Part shown: in pieces, positions 1-9,899 of the stretch | How positions within the stretch are numbered: position 1 is the stretch's first letter | How the letters are laid out: every line of letters starts with the position of its first letter | Made by a program: the position numbers and the translations under genes | The notes under the pieces: generated by a model | What the model was told of the DNA's origin: nothing | Seen by the model: the letters and a program-made list of their open reading frames with translations, nothing else | The model's database searches: none | DNA from: an uncultured Acidobacteriaceae bacterium | Lineage (GTDB): Bacteria > Acidobacteriota > Terriglobia > Terriglobales > Acidobacteriaceae | Direction of reading: 5' to 3' | Length of the DNA: 64,000 bases | NCBI GenBank assembly: GCA_964246805.1 | Contig: CAXTRY010000005.1 | Span: 7,472 to 71,471, forward strand

Positions 1-35
1 GGCAAGGCCGCGCCAAAGCTCCGCAGATAGGCCAT
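1..35 (-). CDS. 5' end of a gene running off the window, possibly 3-oxoacyl-ACP synthase III (FabH-like)
   Basis: ATG at 35, 3 nt after the ACP stop, reads MAYLRSFGAAL(P), resembling KAS III N-termini (..GxYLP). Only 11 codons are visible. Confidence 0.35.
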   Translation of the reverse strand, partial: MAYLRSFGAAL

Positions 36-38
36 CGT

Positions 39-275
39 CTAAGCACCCTTCGCGGCGAGGTAATCCTCCACCTTGCGGAGAGTGTCGAAGCGGCGGGCAG
101 TCATGTCGGCATCGGGGATGGTGACGGAGAACTCCTTTTCAAGACCAACGACAAAATCCGTCAGCGCGAACGAGTCCAGAAGCCCGGAGGTGAAGAGGCT
201 CTCGTCCTCGGCTGGAGTGAGGTTCCGGTCCGACACAGCATGAAGCACTTTAAGGATTCCGGCGCGCTTTTCCAT
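39..275 (-). CDS. acyl carrier protein (DltC-like)
   Basis: 78 aa, GLLDSF phosphopantetheine motif, LEKEFSVTIPD; RBS AGGAG upstream. Confidence 0.9.
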   Translation of the reverse strand: MEKRAGILKVLHAVSDRNLTPAEDESLFTSGLLDSFALTDFVVGLEKEFSVTIPDADMTARRFDTLRKVEDYLAAKGA

Positions 276-292
276 CGAATGGCTCTCCTTGT

Positions 293-1765
293 TTAGGGCT
301 GCTCTGTTCCTGATTGCGCCTGCTGATTTCCGTTATACGCGTGAATGAGATCGGCATAAAGGGCATCGGCGAGTTGGCGATAGCCGGTGCCGGTCAGGTG
401 AGTGCGGTCGGGCTGGGCTAGGCCGGCGGCCACCCATTGCGTCATGGAACCCAGGCCGCCCATGCGCCGCCGGGCGTCCCAGTAGGCGCATCCATGCGTG
501 AGGCAAGCCTCTTTTTGAATGGCGATGATGCGGTCGACTCCCGCGAGGGCGTGCCATGAACGGCGGCGGCCACGACCGGAGGCGATGTCGCGTTCAAACG
601 GGCCGAGAACGAGGATCGATGCCTCCGGGACGGTGTTATGGAGCGTGTCGAGCAGATGGTTGAATTGTGCGGGGTAGCTCGCCAACCCATCCGCCGAGCC
701 GCCCGCCTCGTTGGTGCCGTAGGCGAGCACTATCAGCTTCGGCGCGCGCTGACGGAGGTACTCGGCGAAGAGGGTGGGGTTCCAGCGGAGCATTAGCGGA
801 GCCACCGCCCCGTTGATGCCGAGGCATTCGTAGGTGACGCCGGGCTGCTCGGTTATCACGCCGAGCAGCTTCACGGGCGCGTTGTCGAGAGCCGTCCAGC
901 GGAAGGTATGCGTTCCGGCAGTGCAAGCATAGCTGAAGGTGCCGGCCGCGCTGGGTGCGAGGCCGCTGCCCTCGGTAGTCGCCGCAGTTTCAATCACGGA
1001 GATGGGGGTGTCATTGTCCAGGAACTGCAGTCGCCCTCCGCCTTCCTGTCGCAGGAAGTGCAGCTGTAGCGTATCGCAGGTTGTTTCGAGCGTAACCGTT
1101 TGTTCGGACTGATCGGTCTTGATACTGATGCCGCCGAGACCCAGGTCGCCATCGCCCAGCGCGGTGAAGTGGTTACCCTCGGTAAACCAGCCTGCAGTCT
1201 GCGTCCGTGTCGAACCAGCCAGATGGTAGCCGGCGAAGGGATGGCCGGGAAATTGGAAGCCGAGGCCGCCATCGCCGAAGCCGGCCTGGAGCCTGACGCG
1301 CAACTCGCCGGTGAAGAGGTCGGCCGCGGTGTGCGAGTCGCCGAACTGCATCATGCGGACGGTCATGGAGGCGGTGCCGGGCGCGCCCGCGTGGTCGGCC
1401 TGCTCGGCCGCAAGAGCGGTAAAGAGCGGCTTGAGCGCGGCGGAATAGAGGAAGGGCGAAGAGGCCGTCTCGACTAACGTGCGCTCCACATGCCCGATCG
1501 CGCTCTCTCGGAGGATCGGGCTGACGGGAACGGTGCGGAGGGTACGCGGGATGCGGACCTTCTTACCCTTAAGTGACTTCATGGCTGGAGTCGATTTGCT
1601 CTTTGACCTGGCGGCGGCGGGTCTTGCTTTTGTGGTTGCGACACGTTTGCCGGAGGTGGAGGATTTTTTAGCCACGGCTTTGACTTTTATTGGCGCGGCT
1701 TGGAGTTCACCCGTAAGGCAGGCGAGTAGAAGCAGACGAAGCAGCAGCCCGGCACCGTTCTTCAT
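293..1765 (-). CDS. secreted SGNH/GDSL hydrolase or O-acyltransferase (PatB/Ape-like)
   Basis: Signal peptide, Lys-rich N-terminus, FGDSH, GING, YGTNE and DRTH blocks. Confidence 0.85.
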   Translation of the reverse strand: MKNGAGLLLRLLLLACLTGELQAAPIKVKAVAKKSSTSGKRVATTKARPAAARSKSKSTPAMKSLKGKKVRIPRTLRTVPVSPILRESAIGHVERTLVETASSPFLYSAALKPLFTALAAEQADHAGAPGTASMTVRMMQFGDSHTAADLFTGELRVRLQAGFGDGGLGFQFPGHPFAGYHLAGSTRTQTAGWFTEGNHFTALGDGDLGLGGISIKTDQSEQTVTLETTCDTLQLHFLRQEGGGRLQFLDNDTPISVIETAATTEGSGLAPSAAGTFSYACTAGTHTFRWTALDNAPVKLLGVITEQPGVTYECLGINGAVAPLMLRWNPTLFAEYLRQRAPKLIVLAYGTNEAGGSADGLASYPAQFNHLLDTLHNTVPEASILVLGPFERDIASGRGRRRSWHALAGVDRIIAIQKEACLTHGCAYWDARRRMGGLGSMTQWVAAGLAQPDRTHLTGTGYRQLADALYADLIHAYNGNQQAQSGTEQP

Positions 1766-3177
1766 TCCGGGCGAGCCTGCTTCCCGTTGATTGCTGTTTG
1801 AGCGGGAGGTAGATGTGCGACGTGGTAGCTGTCGTATCCCTGCAGCAGGTCTTTAACGAAGACCTGAGCGATGATGCCCGCACCCTGCGGAGTGGGATGG
1901 ATCAGGTCGGCGGCTACCATCCTCGGCCGGTCCGTGTACCAGCGGGACATGGTGCCCTCGCCGCCCATGGCTTCGAAGGTGTCGAAGAAGGCGCAGTGAG
2001 CGTCCGCGGCAACGCGCTTCTGAATGGCGACGATCTCGGGGATAGTGGCCATGGTGTCGATCTCGTCGATGCCGTGGCGCTCGCCGCGGTCCATGGGGCT
2101 CATCACAAGGATAGAGACGTTTGGGAGGGCGCTTCGGATGCGGGCGATGGCGGAGCGGAGTTCCTTCTCGTACTGCCGTTCGACGAAGGCGGCCGAACTG
2201 CTCTCATTGGTGCCATAGTTGATGACTACCAGCGCGGGGGCATCGTGGCGCAACTCGGCTTGCCAAACGTCGGGGTTGAAGCCGCGCGAAAGGACCGTGG
2301 TTGAAGCGCCGTTCAGGCCAAGGCTGTTATAGAGGATGCCGCGTTGTTGCCGGGTGAAGGTTTCGCCGAAGAGTTCGACACGGCCGGAGACGACTTTTAA
2401 GTTGACGGCTCTGATGCCTTGCGGCAGTGGAACGGTTTGCCAGCCGGGTTGCCGTGTATCGCCGGCGGTGTTGATGGTTGCCAGCGGCGCGCCATCTTCC
2501 GCGCTGACGGAGACGGTGCCGCCGTCGGGTTGCGCGAAATAGGAGAGTTCCATGCTTGTTTGGGTGCCGTCTTTGATCGTGAAACGGCTGGACGCGCCGC
2601 TGGTCCCTTCGAAGCTCGCGCCGCCGAGACCATAGATGTCGGCGTGGCCCTTGCCCACGGCGGTGTTCATCGTCCAGCCGTGGGCGGCGATGTCGGTGCC
2701 GCGATGGCCGTACCACTCCCAGGGTTTGGCGGTGAGCAGATAACCATGGCCGGCATCGCCGAAGCGTTGTTGAAGCAGGGCGCGGACATCGCCGGTGATG
2801 AGGTCGGCGGTGGTGGGCGAGTCGCCGTAATGGAGGATAGCGACGTGATCCTCGCCGACTGGGTTATCGAGCGCGTTGAGCCGGTCATAAAAGGTATCGA
2901 GTGCGCCGGTGTCGTCGAAGAGGAACTCGGCCAGCGGGGGGCGGATCGGCCTGGGTGCCGCAGCCGCGGCTGACTCGTTCGCGGGCGGAGACGACGGGGC
3001 GATCGGCGCGGCGGGCTTGGGAGTGTGGGCGATGACGTGGGGGGTACGCTCGCCGAATCGGCCTGCACTGGCTACGATGCTGAGCGGCATACCTTTATCC
3101 GGTTTCCAGCGATGCACCGCCGCCAGCATCACGATGGTGACGAGCAGGGTAAGCGCGGTCTTGCGGGGAAAGCGCAT
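1762..3177 (-). CDS. SGNH/GDSL hydrolase or O-acyltransferase (PatB-like)
   Basis: N-terminal membrane anchor, YGDSP, GLNG, YGTNE and DLIH blocks; 4-bp overlap with the next gene. Confidence 0.85.
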   Translation of the reverse strand: MRFPRKTALTLLVTIVMLAAVHRWKPDKGMPLSIVASAGRFGERTPHVIAHTPKPAAPIAPSSPPANESAAAAAPRPIRPPLAEFLFDDTGALDTFYDRLNALDNPVGEDHVAILHYGDSPTTADLITGDVRALLQQRFGDAGHGYLLTAKPWEWYGHRGTDIAAHGWTMNTAVGKGHADIYGLGGASFEGTSGASSRFTIKDGTQTSMELSYFAQPDGGTVSVSAEDGAPLATINTAGDTRQPGWQTVPLPQGIRAVNLKVVSGRVELFGETFTRQQRGILYNSLGLNGASTTVLSRGFNPDVWQAELRHDAPALVVINYGTNESSSAAFVERQYEKELRSAIARIRSALPNVSILVMSPMDRGERHGIDEIDTMATIPEIVAIQKRVAADAHCAFFDTFEAMGGEGTMSRWYTDRPRMVAADLIHPTPQGAGIIAQVFVKDLLQGYDSYHVAHLPPAQTAINGKQARPE

Positions 3178-3183
3178 AGGAGC

Positions 3184-4608
3184 TTAGAAACTACCGTAAA
3201 CGAAAGGGGCCGAGCCATGGCCCGAGATCGCCTGGATCAGCACGATTAGACTCGCGAGGGCCGCGCCTTGCACCCAAAACGGCACCCGCGATACAAGCAC
3301 CGCCGACTTGCCCAGCCAACGGAGAGGAAGGCAATGTGCAGCCGCCGCGAGTACCAGGACGCTCACGATCGGCCATGTCAGATTGTCGATCGACCAGGTG
3401 TTCGAGATAATTCGGCTCAGGACGCTCCCCGCGTTTTCCATGGAGGAGGCGTTGAAAAATACCCACGTAAAGCAGACGAAGTGGAAGGTGATGAGGGTGG
3501 CGGCGATCTGGCCGCCGGGGATGGTCTTGCGGCCGCCGCGCAGCTTTTTGATGAGGCTGGATTGCTTCCACACCCGTACCGCCGCCAGCGCGCACCCATG
3601 CAACGCGCCCCAGGTCAGAAAGGTCCAGCTCAGCCCATGCCATAGGCCGCCAAGCATCATCGTGATGACCACGCTGTAGCTGTAGGAGAGTAGAGGATAT
3701 TGCCGCCGCCGCTGCGGAAGGGATTCCATCAGGTAGTCGCGTAGCCACTCGGAGAAGGTAATGTGCCAACGCCGCCAGAACTCCATCAGATTGACGGAAA
3801 GGTAAGGCTGACGGAAGTTTTCGGGCAGGGTGAAGCCGAGCAGCAGGCCTACGCCGAGCACGATGTCGGTATAGCCGGAGAAGTCGAAGAAGAGCTGGAG
3901 CGCGTAGCCGTAGACGGCGGCGATAGTCTCCGCGCCGCTGTAGAGCGTCGGAGTGTCAAAGACGCGAGCGACGAGATTCTGGCCGAGGAAGTCGGCGATC
4001 AGCAGCTTTTTGACCAGGCCGATGCCGATCAGCAGCAGCGCTCGGCCGCTTTGATCGTCCGTTAGCTCGGGTGGAGAAGCAAGCTGACGCAGGAAGGGAT
4101 GAAGCCGCAGGATAGGGCCCGCGATCATGACCGGGAAGAAGAGCGCGGACGACAGGTAGGAGAGGTATCCCATGCCGCCGCTGACCGCGCGGGCGTCTGC
4201 ATCGCGCCGGTAGAGATCGATGGTGTAAGTCATGGCCTGGAAACAGTAGAACGAGAGGCTAAGGGTAAGCAGCCAGCCGCCACGCTCGCCTCCTCCCAAT
4301 GCGCCGATCTTCGGGATCAGCAGCAAACTAAGGTTGAGCAGAAGGGATACGCCAAGTAAAGCACGGCGCTCGAGTTCGCCGGGCAAGGCTCGATCTTCGC
4401 GACTTTGCCGTGCCAGACCGAGACCCACCAGGAAATCGATCGACGCGGCCAGGGGTAAGAGTAGATACCAGAATCCGAACTTCGCCAGGAAAAAGCCGTT
4501 CGCCGCCGGCAACACCCAAAGACGGGCCTGCGGTATACGAGCTAAAGCCCAGTACAGCAGCCAAACGGCTACGAAAAAGACGAAAAATGAGGGTGTGCTG
4601 AGCTGCAT
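3184..4608 (-). CDS. MBOAT family O-acyltransferase (AlgI/PatA/DltB-like)
   Basis: FFDFSGYTD, PENFRQPY, FWRRWHITFSEWLRDY and GLWHG motifs; start moved to MQLSTPSF at 4608. Confidence 0.92.
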   Translation of the reverse strand: MQLSTPSFFVFFVAVWLLYWALARIPQARLWVLPAANGFFLAKFGFWYLLLPLAASIDFLVGLGLARQSREDRALPGELERRALLGVSLLLNLSLLLIPKIGALGGGERGGWLLTLSLSFYCFQAMTYTIDLYRRDADARAVSGGMGYLSYLSSALFFPVMIAGPILRLHPFLRQLASPPELTDDQSGRALLLIGIGLVKKLLIADFLGQNLVARVFDTPTLYSGAETIAAVYGYALQLFFDFSGYTDIVLGVGLLLGFTLPENFRQPYLSVNLMEFWRRWHITFSEWLRDYLMESLPQRRRQYPLLSYSYSVVITMMLGGLWHGLSWTFLTWGALHGCALAAVRVWKQSSLIKKLRGGRKTIPGGQIAATLITFHFVCFTWVFFNASSMENAGSVLSRIISNTWSIDNLTWPIVSVLVLAAAAHCLPLRWLGKSAVLVSRVPFWVQGAALASLIVLIQAISGHGSAPFVYGSF

Positions 4609-4973
4609 GAGGGTCCGGCGGGAGAAGCAGTTACAGCTTCTAAGGGTATCGCGACTGGCACTGCATATCGTATGAATTGGGGAGGGCACCAAGGAAAGCA
4701 ACGGGCCATGTTGCTCCGTGCAACCGCCGTGGCGCGGAGCCGGCGATTTTGCTTCGATACGTGTAAACGGTAGGAGCTTTAGTAGGGCAGTTCTACGATT
4801 GCCTAGAACTGACGCCACCGCAAGCCGACTTTACGGAGAAGGCGTCCCATTCGAGATTGCATTTTCAGCGCACGCCATAACGGAAGCCGTGCTTAAGGAA
4901 ACCGCTCCACAGCCGGATGTTCGTCATCGTCATCGCATAAGATAAGCAGGACAGCAGCGCTTATTCCAAGCAG

Positions 4974-7445
4974 GTGACCGTGAGCAAGACGCAGCAGAGC
5001 ATCGCCACCCATGAAGCAGCCGACAACTCGATCGAGGCGTTGCGCTCCTCATTTCTCAGCCATCTCACGCGCACCGTAGGCCGTCTGCTGGATGTTTCGA
5101 CCGAGACGGAGCGCTACCACGCGGTCGCGCATATGGTGCGCGATCTGCTGATGGACGACTGGATCAACACCATCCAGTCGTATCGGGAACGCGACGTCCG
5201 GGTCGTCTGCTATCTTTCGGCGGAGTTCCTGCTTGGGCCGCATCTGATGAACGGCCTCCTGAACCTGAACCTGACGGAGAACTGCGCGGCGGCTCTTGAC
5301 TCGCTGGGGGTCAGCTTGGAATCGCTGGCGGAGAGCGAGCCGGAGCCCGGTCTCGGCAACGGCGGCCTGGGACGGCTGGCGGCCTGTTATATGGATTCGA
5401 TGGCGACGTTGGGAGTTCCGGCGATCGGCTATGGACTGCGCTATGAGTTCGGCATCTTCCGGCAGGAGATACGGGACGGCTGGCAGGTCGAGCACTCCGA
5501 CAAATGGTTGCAGTACGGCAATCCGTGGGAGATGCCCGTCTCGGACGCATCATGCCAGGTGCAGTTCGGCGGCCGTACCGAGGCCTATACGGATGACAAG
5601 GGAATGTTGCGTCGGCGGTGGATTCCGAATCAAGTCGTGATGGGCGTTCCTTACGATACGCCAATCCCCGGCTTTCGCAACACCATTGTCAATCGCTTGC
5701 GCTTGTGGAAGGCGGAGGCCCCCGATTCGTTCGACTTTACGGCGTTCAACACGGGCGACTACATCGGCGCGGTCCGGGACAAGATGGAGTCCGAGACGAT
5801 CTCAAAAGTACTCTATCCAAACGACGATACAGACGGCGGCAAGCGGTTGCGGCTGATGCAGCAGTATTTCTTTACCTCCTGCTCGTTGCAGGACATGCTG
5901 CGCCTGCACTTGATCCAGAAGCCGAGCGTGCTTGACTTCGACACGAAATGGACCGTACAGCTGAACGATACGCATCCTTCGATCGGCATTGCGGAGCTGA
6001 TGCGTCTGCTGATCGATGTGCATGGTCTGCCGTGGGACGAGGCGTGGCGGATCACAAGCAACACCTTCGGTTACACCAATCACACGCTGCTGCCGGAGGC
6101 GCTCGAGCGCTGGCCGCTGCACATCTTCGGCGATCTGTTGCCGCGCCTGCTGGAAATTATCTACGAGATCAACGCGCAGTTTCTGCGTACCGTGGAGCAG
6201 CGTTTCCCTTATGACAAGCCCCGTCTGGCGCGGATGTCGATTATCGGCGAAGAGGGCGATAAAACCGTTCGCATGGCGCATCTCGCCGTGGTGGGCAGCA
6301 AGGCGGTCAACGGCGTCGCCAAGCTGCATACGGAATTGCTGAAGCAGGATACGCTCAAGGACTTTTATGAGCTTTTCCCGGAACGCTTCTCGAACAAGAC
6401 GAATGGCGTGACGCCGCGGCGCTGGCTGATGCTCTCGAACCCGCCGCTGGCCACGCTGCTCGACGAGTCGATTGGTCAGGCCTGGCACACCGACCTGACG
6501 CAGCTCTGCAAGCTCGAACGGTTTACGACCGACGCGGGCTTCCTCGACCAATGGCGTAAGCGGCAGATCGAAGGCAAGACGGCGCTCGCGGAGTATATTC
6601 AGCGCACCATGGATATCACGGTCGATCCGACCAGCATGTTCGACGTGCAGGTAAAGCGCATTCACGAGTACAAGCGCCAGCATCTTTGCGCCATCCACAT
6701 CCTCGCGCTCTACCTGCAGATCAAGGCGGGGACGGTAAAGGACGTGACGCCACGCACGTTCATCTTCGGGGGCAAGGCCGCGCCCGGCTATCGCATGGCC
6801 AAGCTGATGATCAAGTTAGTCTGCACGGTGGCCGAGCTGGTCAACAACGATCCCGTGGTCGGCAAGATTCTTCGCGTCGTCTTTATCCCCGATTACAGCG
6901 TTTCTCTCGGCCAGCGCATTTATCCCGCCGCCGACCTATCGGAGCAAGTCTCCACCGCGGGAAAGGAGGCCTCGGGTACCGGTTGCATGAAGTTTATGAT
7001 GAACGGCGCGGTGGCCATGGGTACGCTCGATGGCGCAAATATTGAGATTCGCGAGGCGGTGGGCGCGGAGAACTTCTTCCTCTTTGGGCTAACCGCGCCG
7101 GAGGTGGCCAAGATGAAGGCTGATGGCTACCGTCCGCGCGATTTCTACGAGCGAGATCCGCTGTTGCGCGAGGTGCTCGACGGACTGGGCAGCGGAACTT
7201 TCAGCAAGGGAAACTGGGAGCTCTTCCGTCCTCTGCTGGACGAGATTCTGAATAAGGATACCTACATGCTCCTAGCCGATTTCCAGCCGTACATCCAGAC
7301 GCAAGCCGTCGCTGGGGCGGCCTTCCAGAATGCCGCCGGCTGGAGCAAGATGTCGATCCTGAACACGGCGCGGTCCGGCATCTTCTCGTCCGATCGAGCC
7401 ATAGCACAATACTGTACCGACATCTGGAAAGTGCCCATCGCATGA
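4974..7445 (+). CDS. glgP: glycogen/alpha-glucan phosphorylase
   Basis: GLGNGGLGRLAAC, QLNDTHP, KRIHEYKRQ and EASGTGCMKF (PLP lysine) motifs. Confidence 0.97.
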   Translation: MTVSKTQQSIATHEAADNSIEALRSSFLSHLTRTVGRLLDVSTETERYHAVAHMVRDLLMDDWINTIQSYRERDVRVVCYLSAEFLLGPHLMNGLLNLNLTENCAAALDSLGVSLESLAESEPEPGLGNGGLGRLAACYMDSMATLGVPAIGYGLRYEFGIFRQEIRDGWQVEHSDKWLQYGNPWEMPVSDASCQVQFGGRTEAYTDDKGMLRRRWIPNQVVMGVPYDTPIPGFRNTIVNRLRLWKAEAPDSFDFTAFNTGDYIGAVRDKMESETISKVLYPNDDTDGGKRLRLMQQYFFTSCSLQDMLRLHLIQKPSVLDFDTKWTVQLNDTHPSIGIAELMRLLIDVHGLPWDEAWRITSNTFGYTNHTLLPEALERWPLHIFGDLLPRLLEIIYEINAQFLRTVEQRFPYDKPRLARMSIIGEEGDKTVRMAHLAVVGSKAVNGVAKLHTELLKQDTLKDFYELFPERFSNKTNGVTPRRWLMLSNPPLATLLDESIGQAWHTDLTQLCKLERFTTDAGFLDQWRKRQIEGKTALAEYIQRTMDITVDPTSMFDVQVKRIHEYKRQHLCAIHILALYLQIKAGTVKDVTPRTFIFGGKAAPGYRMAKLMIKLVCTVAELVNNDPVVGKILRVVFIPDYSVSLGQRIYPAADLSEQVSTAGKEASGTGCMKFMMNGAVAMGTLDGANIEIREAVGAENFFLFGLTAPEVAKMKADGYRPRDFYERDPLLREVLDGLGSGTFSKGNWELFRPLLDEILNKDTYMLLADFQPYIQTQAVAGAAFQNAAGWSKMSILNTARSGIFSSDRAIAQYCTDIWKVPIA

Positions 7446-7606
7446 CAGAGCGCATTGCCGCGTTCATAGTGCAAAGGAGCTAAGTGGTTGATCCTGTTGT
7501 ACATTGCAGAACGAAATTGCTTGGCTGAATCATCGAGCGAAGCTATACTAGTGAAGTCGTAAGGCACCCGGAGCCGTCTGGTGCAATCACGATTCACGGA
7601 GCGTAT

Positions 7607-8161
7607 TTGATCCTCACAAACGAAGTCCGCCTCGCCAGCTGCTCAGTCGTTGCACTCTTCATGATGGCCGTTCCGAGCCTTACTCATCACGCGCTGGACT
7701 TTACCGGGCCGCTGTCGCTTGAGGTGACACCGCTTCCGCCTCCGGCACCCGCAAAGCTGATGCCTTCTAAAAAACGATTTGCCTTTCTCACGAATTTGCC
7801 GAAACAGGCCAACACGGGTCTTGCCTCCTGGTACGGCGCGGTCCTCGACGGGCACAAGACCGCCAGCGGCGAGACGTTCGACATGACCCAGATGACGGCT
7901 TGTCATCGAACGCTGCCGTTCGGCACCCTGGTGCGGGTGGTCGATCTAAATAGCCATAAATCCGTGATCGTCCGCATCAACGACCGGGGCATTCTTTTCG
8001 CCGATCGCATTATCGATCTTTCCCGGGGGGCTGCCGAACGCCTCGGTATCCGGTCAACGGGCACGGCGAAGGTTCGCCTGGACGTTTTGAGCAAAAAGCA
8101 GGCTGACGCCGAGATAGCCTCGACGCAGTCGGCCGAGAACACGACCACTTCAGCGCGGTGA
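7607..8161 (+). CDS. rlpA: RlpA-family septal ring lytic transglycosylase (DPBB domain)
   Basis: GLASWYG, TASGE, HRTLPFGT, INDRG and IIDLS motifs. Confidence 0.88.
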   Translation: MILTNEVRLASCSVVALFMMAVPSLTHHALDFTGPLSLEVTPLPPPAPAKLMPSKKRFAFLTNLPKQANTGLASWYGAVLDGHKTASGETFDMTQMTACHRTLPFGTLVRVVDLNSHKSVIVRINDRGILFADRIIDLSRGAAERLGIRSTGTAKVRLDVLSKKQADAEIASTQSAENTTTSAR

Positions 8162-8186
8162 TGGCGGGTGGACCTAAGCTGAAAGG

Positions 8187-9899
8187 CTAAAGCTTTGCCT
8201 GCCCCTTGCCTTCAGTCAGTTCGACGATGCAGTCGACTGCGCCGGGTGCCGTAAAGGTTTCCATTACGCCGTTTGGCCAACGAACAATCATGCTCGTCAG
8301 CTTGGTTTCCGCTCCTAGACCGAAATGCATTCGGAGGTCGCTCGACGAGTTGTAGCTCGAGCCGCTCCGTACCTCATCGACCCAGAAGCGCTTTTCACCC
8401 TTGAGAGTGACGCGTGCCCCGATAGCATCGCGGTTTGAAGTCGTTCCCACCAGCCAAACCCCCAGCCAGTGATTGGTATTCTTCGCCTGATTGACCAGCA
8501 ACATCGGTTTGTCGCTTAAGTTATTGACAACCGCCTCAAGCCGCCCATCGTTGAAGAGATCGGCGATGGCCAGCCCCCGGCTGGAGCGCGGCTCGGTCAA
8601 TCCCGGCCCGGAACTCTTGCTGACATCCTTGAATTTTCCGTTCCCCAGATTTTGGTAGAGCAACCGCGGCTCTCGATAGGCCGCGCCGAGTTTCGCCGAA
8701 TCCACCTCGGGGTAGACGTGTCCGTTGGCGACCAGCAGGTCAGGCCAGCCATCGTTATCTACGTCGGCGAACATGGCTCCCCATCCCAGGGCGTCGGTGT
8801 TGATGCCTAAACCGGCGGGGAAGGTGACGTCGGTGTAGGTTCCATCGCCATTGTTGTGGTACAGCGTCGAGGTGTCGTCGGAAAAGTTCGTCTTGAAGAG
8901 ATCGATGCGTCCATCACCGTCGTAATCGGCCGCCGTGGAACCCATCCCGGCCTGCTCCCGCCCATCCTCGTTGAAGGCTACGCCGGCGTCCGCGCCTATA
9001 TCGGTGAACGTGCCATTCTTGTTGTTGCGATAGAGGATGGCCGGGGTCGAATCGCAGGCGACATAAAGGTCCGGCCAGCCGTCATCGTTATAGTCGAGCG
9101 TTGTAATGGAGAAACAATAATGCGCGGTCGTTTTTTCGAATCCGCTTGCCCTACTGGCATCTTCAAACTTACCTCCGCCTAGATTGTGGAAGAGGATGTT
9201 GGGGGCGCTCTCCAAGCCGCGCGGACCGCACATGACCGGCACGCCTTTCCAGATGCAACCCGCTCCCTGCCCCGGCGCGGGCGTCTTCGCCAGGTCGAAG
9301 TGGACGTAATTCGCGACGGCGATGTCCAATTTGCCATCGCGGTCGTAGTCTACAAAGGCGCAACCGGTACCCCACTCCTTGCCAGACCCGGCTACTCCGG
9401 CCGGCCCGGCGACCTCCTCAAATGTCCGATCGCCTTTATTGTGAAAGAGGCGGTTCTTGCCATAGCCGGTGACGAAGATGTCTTCATTGCCGTCATTGTC
9501 GTAGTCGCCTACGCATGCACCCTGGCCCCACCCGGTAGAGACCAGGCCAGCCTTAACGGTGACATCGGTGAACGTGCCATCGTGATTGTTACGGAAGAGA
9601 TGACTTGTAGGTTTTTCTTTTTCGCCGGCACCCTGGATGGTTGAACCGTTGACGAGAAAGATATCCGGCCAACCGTCGCGATCATAATCGAGAATGGCTA
9701 CGCCCGACCCTGTCGCTTCGATGATGTATCGCTTTGCCTCGACGCTGCCATTTACGTTACGGACGGTAATGCCGGCCTTCTCGGCTACATCGACAAACCA
9801 TGCCGGAGGAGCATTGCTCGTAGTGGGTGGATAGACGCTTTGAGCGCGTAGAGCATACGTTGTGCAGGCTACGAAGAGGGCGAACCAAAACGGCTTCAA
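8187..9899 (-). CDS. CRTAC1-family protein (FG-GAP repeats plus ASPIC/UnbV domain)
   Basis: Repeated DYDxDGxxD motifs, C-terminal NRDAIGARV...HFGLG, Sec-type signal peptide. Confidence 0.9.
   Translation of the reverse strand: MKPFWFALFVACTTYALRAQSVYPPTTSNAPPAWFVDVAEKAGITVRNVNGSVEAKRYIIEATGSGVAILDYDRDGWPDIFLVNGSTIQGAGEKEKPTSHLFRNNHDGTFTDVTVKAGLVSTGWGQGACVGDYDNDGNEDIFVTGYGKNRLFHNKGDRTFEEVAGPAGVAGSGKEWGTGCAFVDYDRDGKLDIAVANYVHFDLAKTPAPGQGAGCIWKGVPVMCGPRGLESAPNILFHNLGGGKFEDASRASGFEKTTAHYCFSITTLDYNDDGWPDLYVACDSTPAILYRNNKNGTFTDIGADAGVAFNEDGREQAGMGSTAADYDGDGRIDLFKTNFSDDTSTLYHNNGDGTYTDVTFPAGLGINTDALGWGAMFADVDNDGWPDLLVANGHVYPEVDSAKLGAAYREPRLLYQNLGNGKFKDVSKSSGPGLTEPRSSRGLAIADLFNDGRLEAVVNNLSDKPMLLVNQAKNTNHWLGVWLVGTTSNRDAIGARVTLKGEKRFWVDEVRSGSSYNSSSDLRMHFGLGAETKLTSMIVRWPNGVMETFTAPGAVDCIVELTEGKGQAKL

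Noticed and set aside
4609-4818. N-terminal extensions in the ORF track (MBOAT here; likewise the receptor from 12220, 18903-19760, GH13 to 26876 and mutM from 54096)
   Set aside because: Downstream starts fit RBS position, signal peptides or family N-termini better; the extensions look like open-frame run-on in GC-rich DNA.
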